46,457 nt of DNA from IMG/VR virus record IMGVR_UViG_3300048849_000168, positions 1 to 46,457 of that record; one strand, written 5' to 3'. This DNA comes from a virus. Its lineage: Duplodnaviria; Caudoviricetes. The translations under genes and the position numbers were made by a program. Positions 34,945 through 44,204 of the stretch are shown here, in pieces. Numbering within the stretch: position 1 is the stretch's first letter; the number at the start of each line of letters is the position of its first letter. A model generated the notes under the pieces. It searched no databases and was not told the DNA's origin. It saw only the letters and a list, made by a program, of their open reading frames with translations.

Positions 34945-35531
34945 GCTGCCTTCCTCTCGGCGTAGCGATCGGTCCAACCGAAGCTGCGGTCCGGCTTGGG
35001 GGTCGCCAACTTCACGCGCTTTCGCAGGGTATCCGGGTGGATCCCGAACTTCTCCGCGGCAGCGGCCAGGCCGAGGGCGCGTGTCTGCTCAAGGAAGTCG
35101 GCGGGGAGAACGGCACGGGGCGGCGTCCCCTGCATCGGCTTGCGACCGACTTCCTTGCACCACTTCAGGATGGTGTTGGTGCCAGCGCGGTAATGCCGCA
35201 TCAGCTGGTGGACCGTCATGCCGTCGCTCTGGATGGCGAAGTCCGTCGGGCGCGGCCGGCGGGGTGCGTGGCGGCTTGCGACGGTCCACCCCCGGCGCTT
35301 TAGGCGCGAGATGGCGCCAGTGCTGGTCTTGGCGATCTCGGCGGCCGTGACCGTGCCGTACTGGGCGCAGAGCCGGCGGATCCGGTCGATCTGCTCCTGC
35401 GTGAAGGGAGTGTTAGAGCGGGGCTGCCGGTTCTTGTAGTTCGTGGTCTGGGCGACCAGGCGCATAGCGCATGAGCGGCAGCGGCGGCCGCGGGCGCTGA
35501 CCGGCGCGGGGCAGTCGAGGCAGATGCTCAT
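34941..35531 (-). CDS. Zn-finger plus multiple HTH-like repeats, putative regulator
   Basis: CLDC...CRSC, then three short HTH-like units, two preceded by PxDF. Confidence 0.6.
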   Translation of the reverse strand: MSICLDCPAPVSARGRRCRSCAMRLVAQTTNYKNRQPRSNTPFTQEQIDRIRRLCAQYGTVTAAEIAKTSTGAISRLKRRGWTVASRHAPRRPRPTDFAIQSDGMTVHQLMRHYRAGTNTILKWCKEVGRKPMQGTPPRAVLPADFLEQTRALGLAAAAEKFGIHPDTLRKRVKLATPKPDRSFGWTDRYAERKAA

Positions 35532-35974
35532 GCGCGCAACACCAGCTTGGCCAGCTGCGCCTCGATGGCGTCGCGAGCGTTCTCAAGGGTGTGGCGGTTG
35601 GCGCGGACTTCCTCGGGGGAGATGTCGCCGTCTTCCAGCGCCACCGACAGCGCGAGCGCCGCCTGCAGGATGGTGGTGTGACCGTGACGATCGTCCACCT
35701 TGCCCGGGCGGCTGTCTTCGCAAAGGCGGTCGAAGTAGCCGGTAAAGCGGCCATTCCACTCCTTCTTGCCACGCCCGAAGGTGACGAAGCTCATGGTGGA
35801 GGTGCCGTCCGCATACTTGGCGGCCTGATCCTCGGAGACACCGAGCACCGCGCCGACGTCGGACCATGTGAGGCGGTCCTGCGACTTGATCTCTGCGAGC
35901 GCGCGCCCTGCGGCTTCCAGAGCGGTAGAGGCGGAATAGACGGCGCGATTGCCGTGGATATGCGGGTTAGCCAT
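35528..35974 (-). CDS. CII-like HTH regulatory protein
   Basis: LTWSDVGAVLGVSEDQAAKY HTH; C-terminal LEDGDISPEE; position downstream of cro. Confidence 0.65.
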   Translation of the reverse strand: MANPHIHGNRAVYSASTALEAAGRALAEIKSQDRLTWSDVGAVLGVSEDQAAKYADGTSTMSFVTFGRGKKEWNGRFTGYFDRLCEDSRPGKVDDRHGHTTILQAALALSVALEDGDISPEEVRANRHTLENARDAIEAQLAKLVLRA

Positions 35975-36149
35975 GCTGCATTGCACCGTCATGGGAGTTG
36001 ATCTGGATTGCATCGGGGCCGGGAGCCTCAGAGGGGCTGAAGGGCTCGACCGGGTCCGGGCGCATGAAGCGCGCGACGATGAAGGCGAGCGGCACGCTGA
36101 GCAGCGTCCAAGCGACCGCGACGAGAAGGATCACGACAGCGATATTCAT
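35967..36149 (-). CDS. Small membrane protein
   Basis: MNIAVVILLVAVAWTLLSVPLAFIVARF single TM. Confidence 0.5.
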   Translation of the reverse strand: MNIAVVILLVAVAWTLLSVPLAFIVARFMRPDPVEPFSPSEAPGPDAIQINSHDGAMQHG

Positions 36150-36379
36150 GCGGCAATCCTTCCGAGGTGCCCGCACCACCCGCGAGCGCCGCAGCGCTGG
36201 CAGGGGGCGTCGGGAAGCGAAGAACGGGGTGCGACGATGACGCGAGGGGCGGGGATTGGTGCGACGACCGTCGGCATCGGCTTGGCGCGCACGAAGCGGC
36301 CTTCCGCTGCGTCGACCTGGGCAACCGTCCGATGAGAACGGTACGGCCAGACGGACGGGGCGGCGGTGGGGCCGGTCAT
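36146..36379 (-). CDS. Hypothetical protein with C-terminal CxxC...CxH
   Basis: PCQRCGARGWCGH; ATGA-coupled to cro. Confidence 0.55.
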   Translation of the reverse strand: MTGPTAAPSVWPYRSHRTVAQVDAAEGRFVRAKPMPTVVAPIPAPRVIVAPRSSLPDAPCQRCGARGWCGHLGRIAA

Positions 36380-36606
36380 GCTGCGCGAGCCCGGCGCCCG
36401 GGGACCTGCTCCCTCGCGGCAAGTGCGCGTTCGATCGCGGACATGCTGGTGAAGGTCATGCCGACCGGGCGAGGGTTCTTCTCGCTCACCTTCCAGCGGC
36501 TGAAAGTCGTGGGATGAATGCCGGCCTCTTTGCAGAGCTCGGCGATGGAGAGCTTCAGCGCGTTAGCGCGAGCCTCATAGCGGCTGATGACTTCCTGCTG
36601 ATCCAT
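36376..36606 (-). CDS. cro: Cro-like repressor
   Basis: LSIAELCKEAGIHPTTFSRWK HTH, divergent from cI. Confidence 0.8.
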   Translation of the reverse strand: MDQQEVISRYEARANALKLSIAELCKEAGIHPTTFSRWKVSEKNPRPVGMTFTSMSAIERALAAREQVPGRRARAA

Positions 36607-36692
36607 TTGCACAGGGTAGTAGCATGATTGCTAATCTACAAGTGCAATCTTGCAAAGCGCCGCCGTTTGGCATGTTTGCTAATGCGGCCCTT
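36607..36692. promoter_or_regulatory. OR-like operator region with divergent PR/PRM promoters
   Basis: TAGCA-TGAT-TGCTA (36620-36633), GTGCA-ATCT-TGCAA (36642-36655), TGGCA-TGTT-TGCTA (36668-36681); minus-strand TTGTAG-17-TACCCT 6 nt before the cro ATG. Confidence 0.75.
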
Positions 36693-37337
36693 ATGGCCGA
36701 CGCTGATGATGACCGCGAACTGATCCGCAACCTGTCCGAGTGGGCCAAGCTGTCGCCCACTGAGACGGCGCGGAAGGCTGGCCTAACTCCTTCGACGCTG
36801 ACCCGTCCGCTTAACCAGGATGTGAAGCACCGGCTGTCTACGCCCACGCTGGCGAAGTTGCGGCAGGCTTTCCCCGAGTTTCCGGGTTGGGGCGTCGAGC
36901 CGGACCATGTCGAGCTGCCGACAGATGTTCACTATGAGGCAGTGGATGTGCTGCCGACGTATGCCGGCATGGGCGGCGGCGGGAACGGGGAAGGGGAGGT
37001 CGAGCACGCGCTCATCCCATCTTACCTCATCCGCAACATCCTCCGCGGCGTGCCGTCAGACTTCGTGCTGATCCGGGTGCGTGGTGACAGCATGGAGCCG
37101 GTCTTCCGTCACGAAGACGAGCTGCTGGTCGATAAGCGCGATCGGTCGCCTACGCAGCCCGGTCCCTTCGCGCTTTGGGATGCGGAGTGGGGCGAGTACC
37201 TGGTGAAGAACGTCGAGCGCCTGCCGGGCGGCCGCGTTCGGATCTTCAGCTCCAACGACAAGTATACGCCCGTCGAAGTGGAGAACTCCGAAACCAACAT
37301 CCTCGGAAGACCGGTATGGTTCGGGCGGCGATTGTAG
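36693..37337 (+). CDS. cI: CI-like repressor (HTH plus S24 autopeptidase)
   Basis: PTETARKAGLTPSTL HTH; AGMG, VRGDSMEP (Ser) and LVK (Lys); start uncertain (36672 or 36693). Confidence 0.9.
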   Translation: MADADDDRELIRNLSEWAKLSPTETARKAGLTPSTLTRPLNQDVKHRLSTPTLAKLRQAFPEFPGWGVEPDHVELPTDVHYEAVDVLPTYAGMGGGGNGEGEVEHALIPSYLIRNILRGVPSDFVLIRVRGDSMEPVFRHEDELLVDKRDRSPTQPGPFALWDAEWGEYLVKNVERLPGGRVRIFSSNDKYTPVEVENSETNILGRPVWFGRRL

Positions 37338-37651
37338 TCCTCTTCCTCCTGTCCGGCTGTGACCGGCAACGCGACGCGGAGCAGCGTAGCACTTACGCCG
37401 ATGTCGGAACGGCAACCGCTTTGGCCCAGCTGGAAGCTCAGCGGGAAAAGATCGAGCGTCTGGAAGACATTGTAGAAAAGCAGGGCCGTTATATCGCCGC
37501 CGTTCACGCGTCGCTGGATGAGGCGCGCGAGAACCACACAGCGCTTCACAAGACGTACAACGAGGGCGTGGACAGGTCGAACAAGCGCGCGCAAATCAAC
37601 GAAGCGAATATCGACTGGCTGCTCCGCCGGAATGGAGTCGCCCGGCAATAA
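37316..37651 (+). CDS. Coiled-coil lipoprotein co-transcribed with cI
   Basis: MVRAAIVVLFLLSGC lipobox; overlaps the 3' end of cI. Confidence 0.7.
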   Translation: MVRAAIVVLFLLSGCDRQRDAEQRSTYADVGTATALAQLEAQREKIERLEDIVEKQGRYIAAVHASLDEARENHTALHKTYNEGVDRSNKRAQINEANIDWLLRRNGVARQ

Positions 37652-37653
37652 AT

Positions 37654-37704
37654 TAGCACGATTGCAAATCTGCCTATTGCATACCGTAGCAATGATGCTA
37701 ATCT
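37654..37704 (+). promoter_or_regulatory. OL-like operators and PL promoter
   Basis: TAGCA-CGAT-TGCAA (37654-37667), TAGCA-ATGA-TGCTA (37687-37700); TTGCAT-16-TAATCT with extended TG. Confidence 0.75.
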
Positions 37705-37761
37705 GACCTCCATCAGCCGCACGACCCAACGGTCACCGCGGCGCTTCGGTGGAGGGCCAAC

Positions 37762-38517
37762 GTGGGCCAGGTTCAGGAAAACGAGTGGATCGAGTGGACG
37801 GGCGGTGAATGCCCGGTCGCGCCCGAACAGCGGGTCGATGTGCGCCTTCGCAACCGCGGCGATATGCTCGGCCATCGCGCGGGTGCAGTCGCGGTGTTCT
37901 TCCAGTGGGATCGTCTCGCGGCAAATGCAGCGAACGACGTCGTAGCATACCGCTACGTCTCTGCTCCTAACGCTTCCACCCCCAACACTCCCCCCGCCAG
38001 CAACGACTTCGCGCTGGTGCCGCGGGAGCCGACCGAGGCGATGCTTCAGGCCGCAGCCCGAAGCGTGGCTCATGACGACGAGGGTTCGTTTCCGCCGGTC
38101 TGCGATCTGATCGACTACAGCGGCGAGAATAAGACGCGCACCGTTCTGCGCCAGTTGCTGATCGACGCCCTCGCAGCCGCCCCCGCATCCCCCGAGCCCG
38201 CCAGCAACGAAGCGCCGGGGCGGGGTGGGGTGACGCTCTACCGCGAGATCGACGCGCTCGGTGGTGAGCCGCAGTCCGCATCCGAATACGACCGGATCTG
38301 GAACGACGGATACAGCGCCGCGCTAACAGCCGCGCTGTCCATCTTGGAGCGTCGCGGGTTCAGCGAGCACGTCGAGGCCGTTCCTGCGACGGGCCTGGTG
38401 GATGCGCTTGAGGCCCTTCTCGACGCCTATCCGGTGTTCGATCACACGGCCAGCGATCAGATCGACGCCCGAGAAGCCGCCCATCGCGCCATCGCCACCG
38501 CGCGAGGTGAAGCATGA
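37762..38517 (+). CDS. Mosaic hypothetical phage early protein
   Basis: WIEWTGGECPV and LVPREPTEAM modules common in phage accessory genes; GGAGG RBS. Confidence 0.65.
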   Translation: MGQVQENEWIEWTGGECPVAPEQRVDVRLRNRGDMLGHRAGAVAVFFQWDRLAANAANDVVAYRYVSAPNASTPNTPPASNDFALVPREPTEAMLQAAARSVAHDDEGSFPPVCDLIDYSGENKTRTVLRQLLIDALAAAPASPEPASNEAPGRGGVTLYREIDALGGEPQSASEYDRIWNDGYSAALTAALSILERRGFSEHVEAVPATGLVDALEALLDAYPVFDHTASDQIDAREAAHRAIATARGEA

Positions 38518-38822
38518 ACGCGCCCCACACTTTCCCCGCCGTGTCCTCGGCCGACAGCCCCTCGTCGGCAGCCGGCGCCCCCACCCGTTGCGAGCTTGAG
38601 GACGGCGCAACGGGCAACAGGTACATCTCACCTGCGCTGCTGGATGAGCTGTCGCGGCTGAACGATCGCCAGATGTTCGCGGTGCTCGGCGTGCTGCTCG
38701 ACCAGCATGTCCCACCGGCGCGGATCAGCGAAGAGATGTGGGAACTGCTCGAGCCGGTGTCGGACGCGTTCGACAAGCGGCAGGTCTACATCGCGGTCGA
38801 GATGGGGTGGATCCAGCCATGA
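38514..38822 (+). CDS. Hypothetical protein
   Basis: ATGA-coupled PL operon gene. Confidence 0.6.
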   Translation: MNAPHTFPAVSSADSPSSAAGAPTRCELEDGATGNRYISPALLDELSRLNDRQMFAVLGVLLDQHVPPARISEEMWELLEPVSDAFDKRQVYIAVEMGWIQP

Positions 38823-39001
38823 CCCAGATCATCCACTACCGCGGCTTCGAGATCGAGGTGGGCGGGGCGGGCACCTGCACATTTGCCCAGTCGTCGGATG
38901 ACAGTCCGCGGCCGGCGGGCGGCATCGAGCAGGCGCGTCTCGCGATCGACCTCGAGATGTTCGACAAAGCCTGGTTCGCGCCAATGGAGGCACGGGCATG
39001 A
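38819..39001 (+). CDS. Hypothetical protein
   Basis: ATGA-coupled; MTQIIHYRGFEI. Confidence 0.55.
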   Translation: MTQIIHYRGFEIEVGGAGTCTFAQSSDDSPRPAGGIEQARLAIDLEMFDKAWFAPMEARA

Positions 39002-39192
39002 ACGCCGCCCCGGAAGAGCAGCCGCAGGGCGACGACTTCTCCCTGCTGGAGCGCGCTTGGGCCGACCCCGCCTTCATGGCCCAGCTGATGGCCCAGCGGC
39101 ACGAGGAGCAGCGCCAAGCGCACGCGCTCCTCACCGAGAGCTTCAATCGCGGCCACGCAAAGTGGCTCGCTTCGAGAGGAATGACCGCATGA
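38998..39192 (+). CDS. Hypothetical protein
   Basis: ATGA-coupled; GGAGG RBS. Confidence 0.55.
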   Translation: MNAAPEEQPQGDDFSLLERAWADPAFMAQLMAQRHEEQRQAHALLTESFNRGHAKWLASRGMTA

Positions 39193-39515
39193 GCGGGTTC
39201 ACGAACAAGGTGAAGATGGAGGGCGAGCGCCAGCGCTACAGCGTCATGGCTCGGAACGAGCGGTTCGTCATTATGACCAAGCCGTTCAACGCCAAGCGCA
39301 CCTACCTCTACACCATCGCCGATTTGCAGCGGGGGGTTCGCGGCCCATGCAACCTCATCTTCGGACTGCCTTGCGATGTGAATACACCGGAAGGAGCGGC
39401 AGAGGCGCTGAGCAAGATCGAGGCTGGCGAGATGGATGTGAGCTATCGCCGGTGCGTCGATCTGACGCCTTCCGATGCCGCAGCCATCGCCGCAGCCACT
39501 GGCGGTGCAGCATGA
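39189..39515 (+). CDS. Hypothetical phage protein
   Basis: MSGFTNKVKMEGERQRY...; ATGA-coupled on both sides. Confidence 0.65.
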   Translation: MSGFTNKVKMEGERQRYSVMARNERFVIMTKPFNAKRTYLYTIADLQRGVRGPCNLIFGLPCDVNTPEGAAEALSKIEAGEMDVSYRRCVDLTPSDAAAIAAATGGAA

Positions 39516-39910
39516 CGCGCGCAGAGGAACTGCTGGCGCTGGCGGCGAAAGTCGAGGCGCTGAGTGGGCCGGATCGGAGGGTCGATGGCGACATCTACTG
39601 CGCTCTTGGGCTGGCGGCGTTTGTTGAGGACGCGTTCGACGCATATCGCGCGCCCGCCTACACCGCATCGCTCGACGCGGCGATGACTGTCGGCGGTGGC
39701 AATACCACCCTGCTGCATCTGTCCGAACTCGGCGACGACAACTGCGCCTTGGCCCGCGTCGGCTGCCACTTACTGCCTGACGCGCCGGTATTCGAGGGCA
39801 GGGCGCTGGAGGCGGCGGTGTGCATCGACGCTCTGGCGGACCTCGCGATCGCAACGACCGCCGCCAATCTCCGCGCCCTAGCCGCCCTCGAAACGGGAGC
39901 CACCGCATGA
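39512..39910 (+). CDS. Hypothetical phage protein
   Basis: LAAKVEALSGPDR...PAYTASLDAA pattern common in alphaproteobacterial phages. Confidence 0.65.
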   Translation: MTRAEELLALAAKVEALSGPDRRVDGDIYCALGLAAFVEDAFDAYRAPAYTASLDAAMTVGGGNTTLLHLSELGDDNCALARVGCHLLPDAPVFEGRALEAAVCIDALADLAIATTAANLRALAALETGATA

Positions 39911-40146
39911 GCGCCCCCAACACCCGCGCGCAGTGGATCAAGCGCGAAGCCCGCGAGACCGAGCCGAAGCTGACGACGGTCGAGCGTGCAACCAACCGCT
40001 ACCCGCTGTGGCTGCTGATGGCCGCCGCTGGGCTCGGCATGGGCATCGCTGCCGGTGACGGGAAGGTGGTCGTCGTAGCGCTCGCAGCACTCGCCGTCGC
40101 CGTCACGCTCTGGGTTCGCGAATGGCGGGAGGTGCGGCGTGGGTAG
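39907..40146 (+). CDS. Small two-TM membrane protein
   Basis: Two hydrophobic helices; ATGA-coupled. Confidence 0.55.
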   Translation: MSAPNTRAQWIKREARETEPKLTTVERATNRYPLWLLMAAAGLGMGIAAGDGKVVVVALAALAVAVTLWVREWREVRRG

Positions 40147-40189
40147 CTCAGCCGCCAACCGCAAATCCTCGAAAATCGAAAGGACGACC

Positions 40190-41323
40190 ATGGCTACTGC
40201 CGTCGCTGAATTGCCGCTGTCCAATGCCGCCACGACGGACATCGTCGCCGTGGTCGCCCAGACCCCCGTTGTCGTCCTCCTGGATGAGCAGAAGCGGGAC
40301 GAGCTGTTCGCCCATATCCGCCGCGAGGTGGAGGCGTTCGAGCCGGACCTGTCCACGAACAAGGGGCGGGATGCGATCAAGTCGCTCGCCTACAAGATCA
40401 CCCGCACCAAGACCGCGATCGACGCTGCCGGCAAGCAGCTGAACGAGGAAGCGCGCGCGAAGATCGGCGTCGTGGATGCCGCCCGCCGTGTTGCCCGCGA
40501 AGAACTGGATCGCATGGCCACCGACGTGCGCCGCCCGCTGACCGAGTGGGAGGAAGCCGAGAAGGCGCGGGTCGAGCATTGCCGCGCCATCATCGAAGGC
40601 CTCAAGGCTATGGCGCGCGTCGACATGGACGACACAGCGTCGGTGATCCGCGAGCGCGGTTCGGTCGCCTGGAACACGGTACTGGATGCCGAGCAGTTCG
40701 GCGACATGCTCCCGGAGGCTGAGGCCGCGAAGGCGCAGACCGTCGACATCCTCAAGACCGCGCTGGCCCGGCTGACGAAGGAAGAGGCTGACCGTGCCGA
40801 ACTGGAGCGTCTGCGGGCGGAAGCGGTCGAGCGCGAGCGGATCGACGCCGAGCGCCATGCTGAGGAAGAGCGCAAGGCTCGCGAGGCTGAGGAGGCACGC
40901 GTTGCCGAAGAGCGCCGGGTCGCCGCAGAGAAGGCCGAAGCCGAGCGCCTGGCACGGATCGAACAGGAAGCGGAAGCGCGCGCCAAGCGGGCCGCCGAAG
41001 AGGCCGCGCGTGCCGAGCAGGAGCGTCGCGATCGGGAGCATGCCGAAGCGCTGGCTGCCGAGCGGCGCCGGGCAGAGGAAGCCGAGCGTGCCGCGCAGGC
41101 AGAGCGGGACCGGATCGCCAAGGAAGAGGCGGATCGTAAGGCCGAGGCTGATCGCATCGCAGCCGAGCAGGCCAAGCGTGAGGCCGACCAGAAGCACCGC
41201 AGCGCCGTCATGAAGGCCGCCAAGGAGGCGATCATGACCTGCGGCGTCGATGAGGAGGCCGCGAAGAAGATCGTCCTGCTGATCCGCAGCGGCGAAGTCC
41301 CCAACGTCACGCTGAGGTTCTGA
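40190..41323 (+). CDS. Long coiled-coil (TolA-like) phage protein of the recombination operon
   Basis: DLSTNKGRDAIKSLAYKI, VRRPLTEWE, E/R/A-rich coil, GEVPNVTLRF end. Confidence 0.75.
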   Translation: MATAVAELPLSNAATTDIVAVVAQTPVVVLLDEQKRDELFAHIRREVEAFEPDLSTNKGRDAIKSLAYKITRTKTAIDAAGKQLNEEARAKIGVVDAARRVAREELDRMATDVRRPLTEWEEAEKARVEHCRAIIEGLKAMARVDMDDTASVIRERGSVAWNTVLDAEQFGDMLPEAEAAKAQTVDILKTALARLTKEEADRAELERLRAEAVERERIDAERHAEEERKAREAEEARVAEERRVAAEKAEAERLARIEQEAEARAKRAAEEAARAEQERRDREHAEALAAERRRAEEAERAAQAERDRIAKEEADRKAEADRIAAEQAKREADQKHRSAVMKAAKEAIMTCGVDEEAAKKIVLLIRSGEVPNVTLRF

Positions 41324-41326
41324 GCG

Positions 41327-42103
41327 ATGGATAACCCATTCGACTTCGATTTCCGCGAGCCGGACGCTACCGACGAGCCGGAGGCGCCCAAGCTGGCGCC
41401 AACGGCAGCCGGGCCCAACCCGCACATCACCTATCACCGCGACCTTATTCAAGGTTCAGACGCATGGTTGGCCCAGCGTCTAGGCATTCTCACCGCCAGC
41501 GAAATGAAGAAGATCCTGACGGCCAAGACGCTCAAGCAGGCGGCCAACGGTGACGCCCGCGCGCACGAATGGGAGATCCTGTTCCAGCGCGTGACCGGCT
41601 TTGTCGAGCCGCACTACATCTCTGACGACATGCTCCGCGGTCACGACGACGAGATCGAGGCGCGCATGCAGTACAGCAAGCACCATGCGCCTGTGACCGA
41701 GGTCGGGTTCATCACGAACGACCAGTGGGGCTTCACGATCGGCTATTCGCCGGACGGTCTCGTTGGCGATGATGGGCTGATCGAGTGCAAGTCGCGCCGG
41801 GGCAAGTTCCAGGTGCAGACGATCGCCGAGGACCGGGTGCCGGAGGAATACATCCTCCAGCTGCAAACCGGGCTGCTCGTCACCGGCCGCAAGTGGATCG
41901 ACTTCGTATCCTACAGCGGCGGCCTCCCGATGTTCGTCAAGCGCGTCGAGCCGGATCCGCTGATCCAGGGCGCGATCGTCGCCGCTGCCACCGCCTTTGA
42001 AGCCCGCCTTGTGGAGAGGGACCGCGAGTACCGCGCGACCTTGGCGGCAATGCCCAAGCTGATCCCGACCGAGCGTCGGGTCGAACAGGAGATGCACCTC
42101 TGA
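41327..42103 (+). CDS. YqaJ/lambda-exonuclease family nuclease
   Basis: QGSDAWLAQRLGILTAS, GYSPDGLV...IECK, YILQLQ. Confidence 0.9.
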   Translation: MDNPFDFDFREPDATDEPEAPKLAPTAAGPNPHITYHRDLIQGSDAWLAQRLGILTASEMKKILTAKTLKQAANGDARAHEWEILFQRVTGFVEPHYISDDMLRGHDDEIEARMQYSKHHAPVTEVGFITNDQWGFTIGYSPDGLVGDDGLIECKSRRGKFQVQTIAEDRVPEEYILQLQTGLLVTGRKWIDFVSYSGGLPMFVKRVEPDPLIQGAIVAAATAFEARLVERDREYRATLAAMPKLIPTERRVEQEMHL

Positions 42104-42318
42104 TGCCGAACCCTCCTTTCTGGATCGTCTGGAACGAGAATGGCGGCCCGCCCCGTGTGAAGCACGCAACCCAACAGCAGGCGGAAGCAGAGGCTCAGCG
42201 TCTCGCGGAGGCGCACCCGGGCGACAGTTTCTGTGTGCTCCCGTGCGCATCCCGCTTCTCAGTCCGACGCGTCAACATCGAGCGGTTTGAATTCGACACC
42301 CTCGAAGTTCCCTTTTGA
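42103..42318 (+). CDS. Hypothetical phage protein
   Basis: FWIVW...P..KH...AEAEAQRLA..HPG..F.VL pattern. Confidence 0.65.
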   Translation: MPNPPFWIVWNENGGPPRVKHATQQQAEAEAQRLAEAHPGDSFCVLPCASRFSVRRVNIERFEFDTLEVPF

Positions 42319-42329
42319 AGGATAAAAGC

Positions 42330-43019
42330 ATGAACGACATGAGCGCCGTGATCGTCCCCAAGTCGGACCAGATCAACGCAGAGGACTTCGTCGCCGGTCC
42401 CGCCACCTTCGAAATCGAAGGCGTCTCGATCAACCCGGGCACCGAGCAGCCGGTATCCATCAAGCTCGTTGGCGAGCGCCGCGTCTGGCGTCCGTGCAAG
42501 TCCATGAGCCGCGTGCTGGTGACCGGGTGGGGCGCAGATGCCAACGCCTATGTCGGCCGGTCGGTCACGCTCTACTGCGACCCGAAGGTGAAGTGGGGCG
42601 GACTTGAGGTCGGCGGCATCCGCATCAGCCATATGTCGCACATCGAGCGCGACATGATCATGGCGCTCACCGCGACCAAGGGAAAGCGCGCGCCGCATCA
42701 GGTGAAGGTGCTGCAGGTTCAGCGCGAACAGGCACCGGCTCAGCAGAAGCAGTCCGGCATGACCGCCGAGCAGTGGGCAACCGATCACATCGCGTTCGTC
42801 GCCGGGGCCGCAGACCTTGAGCGCCTGGCATCGGTCCAGAACGCGGGCAAGAAGTCGATGGACAAGCTCGCCGGCACCAATCCCGGGCTGCACGCCAAGG
42901 TGAAGGCTGCCTACGCCAAGCGCCTGGACGAGCTTTCGGGCGGGCCTGTGTTCGAACCCGAAGGCCGCGACGATCCCGACTTCGGCGACCAGTTCCCCGG
43001 CACGGAGGACGCGGAATGA
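42330..43019 (+). CDS. Putative single-strand annealing/recombination protein
   Basis: IVPKSDQINAEDF, PCKSMSRVL...WG, VGGIRISHMSHI; adjacent to the exonuclease; acidic C-tail. Confidence 0.55.
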   Translation: MNDMSAVIVPKSDQINAEDFVAGPATFEIEGVSINPGTEQPVSIKLVGERRVWRPCKSMSRVLVTGWGADANAYVGRSVTLYCDPKVKWGGLEVGGIRISHMSHIERDMIMALTATKGKRAPHQVKVLQVQREQAPAQQKQSGMTAEQWATDHIAFVAGAADLERLASVQNAGKKSMDKLAGTNPGLHAKVKAAYAKRLDELSGGPVFEPEGRDDPDFGDQFPGTEDAE

Positions 43020-43276
43020 CGCAGCAACACGACAATCCGAACGCGTTCCCGCAGGTCGGCAACTCGACGTGGAGCATGGAGCCATCCCCCGGCATGACCC
43101 TGCGCGACTGGTTCGCTGGTCAGTTCGCTGGGGGTTGCGCAAACAGCCTCACTCGGGCGCCGGAAGACGAAGAAGAGTGGGCACTGGCTCAGCAGGAGAT
43201 CGGGTCAATTGCCCGGCTGTCCTACCTGATGGCCGACGCCATGCTCGCCGCTCGCACCCCCCAGGTGCCCGCATGA
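43016..43276 (+). CDS. Hypothetical phage protein
   Basis: AFP...GMTLRDWFAGQ...YLMADAMLAAR conserved phage pattern. Confidence 0.7.
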   Translation: MTQQHDNPNAFPQVGNSTWSMEPSPGMTLRDWFAGQFAGGCANSLTRAPEDEEEWALAQQEIGSIARLSYLMADAMLAARTPQVPA

Positions 43277-43842
43277 CCGCGCTCGCAACCCCCGCCGCCG
43301 ACACGAACGCGATGCGGGAGCAGGTAGCGCGGATCATCAAGAACAGCGGTGTGGCGAGCGCCCACGTCTGCGATGACCCGGAACAGGCGGCAACGGCAGA
43401 TGCGCTTACCGCAGCCGACGCCATCCTCGCCCTGCTCGCCACCGACCGCGCAGGGGTGGGGGAGGAAGGATGGCCCGGCCGCAACGCAGAGTTGGATGCC
43501 GATCGCGTTCGCACGCTCGCCACCCTCGGCCTGATGCTGTCGGTAATGGCCGGCGGCGAGGCGCCCGAAGTGACCGGCTTCGATGCCTCTAAGCTGTATG
43601 ACGAGGTGTTGATGGCTCTCGCGATCGAGGACAGCGACAGCCCCGACATCGACCTTGAAAGTGCTCGCGACCATCCCGAAGAGCACACGCTGCTCGCCGC
43701 ATCCCCAGCCCCCGCAGACGCGGGCGGGGAGGTGGAACGGGCGTTCGTAAACCTCTGCGACGCCCTCGGCTTGCAAGCGACGCCCCTCGCGTATCTCGAT
43801 GCTGCAGCCGCCCGCGACGCCCTCTCGGCCGCAGGAGCGTGA
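43273..43842 (+). CDS. Hypothetical protein
   Basis: ATGA-coupled; start MTALAT. Confidence 0.55.
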   Translation: MTALATPAADTNAMREQVARIIKNSGVASAHVCDDPEQAATADALTAADAILALLATDRAGVGEEGWPGRNAELDADRVRTLATLGLMLSVMAGGEAPEVTGFDASKLYDEVLMALAIEDSDSPDIDLESARDHPEEHTLLAASPAPADAGGEVERAFVNLCDALGLQATPLAYLDAAAARDALSAAGA

Positions 43843-44204
43843 GCATGGCAAATGACGAAGTGAAGGTGGAGACCATCTGTGGTGCGCCGATGCCCGACCG
43901 GCTCTGGCTGGTGGATATGGGCTGCGGCGACGTTTCATGGACTGCCCAGCGCGAACCTGATGGCGAGGCTCCGCTTGAGGCTGTCGAATACGTCCGTCTC
44001 GCCGCCCGCCCCGCGCCGGCAGAGGATGCGGTGGAGATAGCGACAGCGGCCGCTTTCGAAGCCTTGCACGGAGCAAAGGCAGACCCTTTCGAGCAACCGG
44101 AAGCTTGGGCCTACGCCGAGAGTATCGCCACGGCCGTTCTGGCAGCCCTCGCCGCGATGCAGCCGCGAGGTGAGCAGCAGGCGGGGCGGGAGGGGGAACG
44201 ATGA
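43839..44204 (+). CDS. Hypothetical protein
   Basis: Coupled; PDRLWL...VEYVR. Confidence 0.55.
   Translation: MSMANDEVKVETICGAPMPDRLWLVDMGCGDVSWTAQREPDGEAPLEAVEYVRLAARPAPAEDAVEIATAAAFEALHGAKADPFEQPEAWAYAESIATAVLAALAAMQPRGEQQAGREGER

Noticed and set aside
40148-41452. Long minus-strand ORFs (434 and 346 aa)
   Set aside because: Shadows of the repetitive coiled-coil gene in GC-rich DNA
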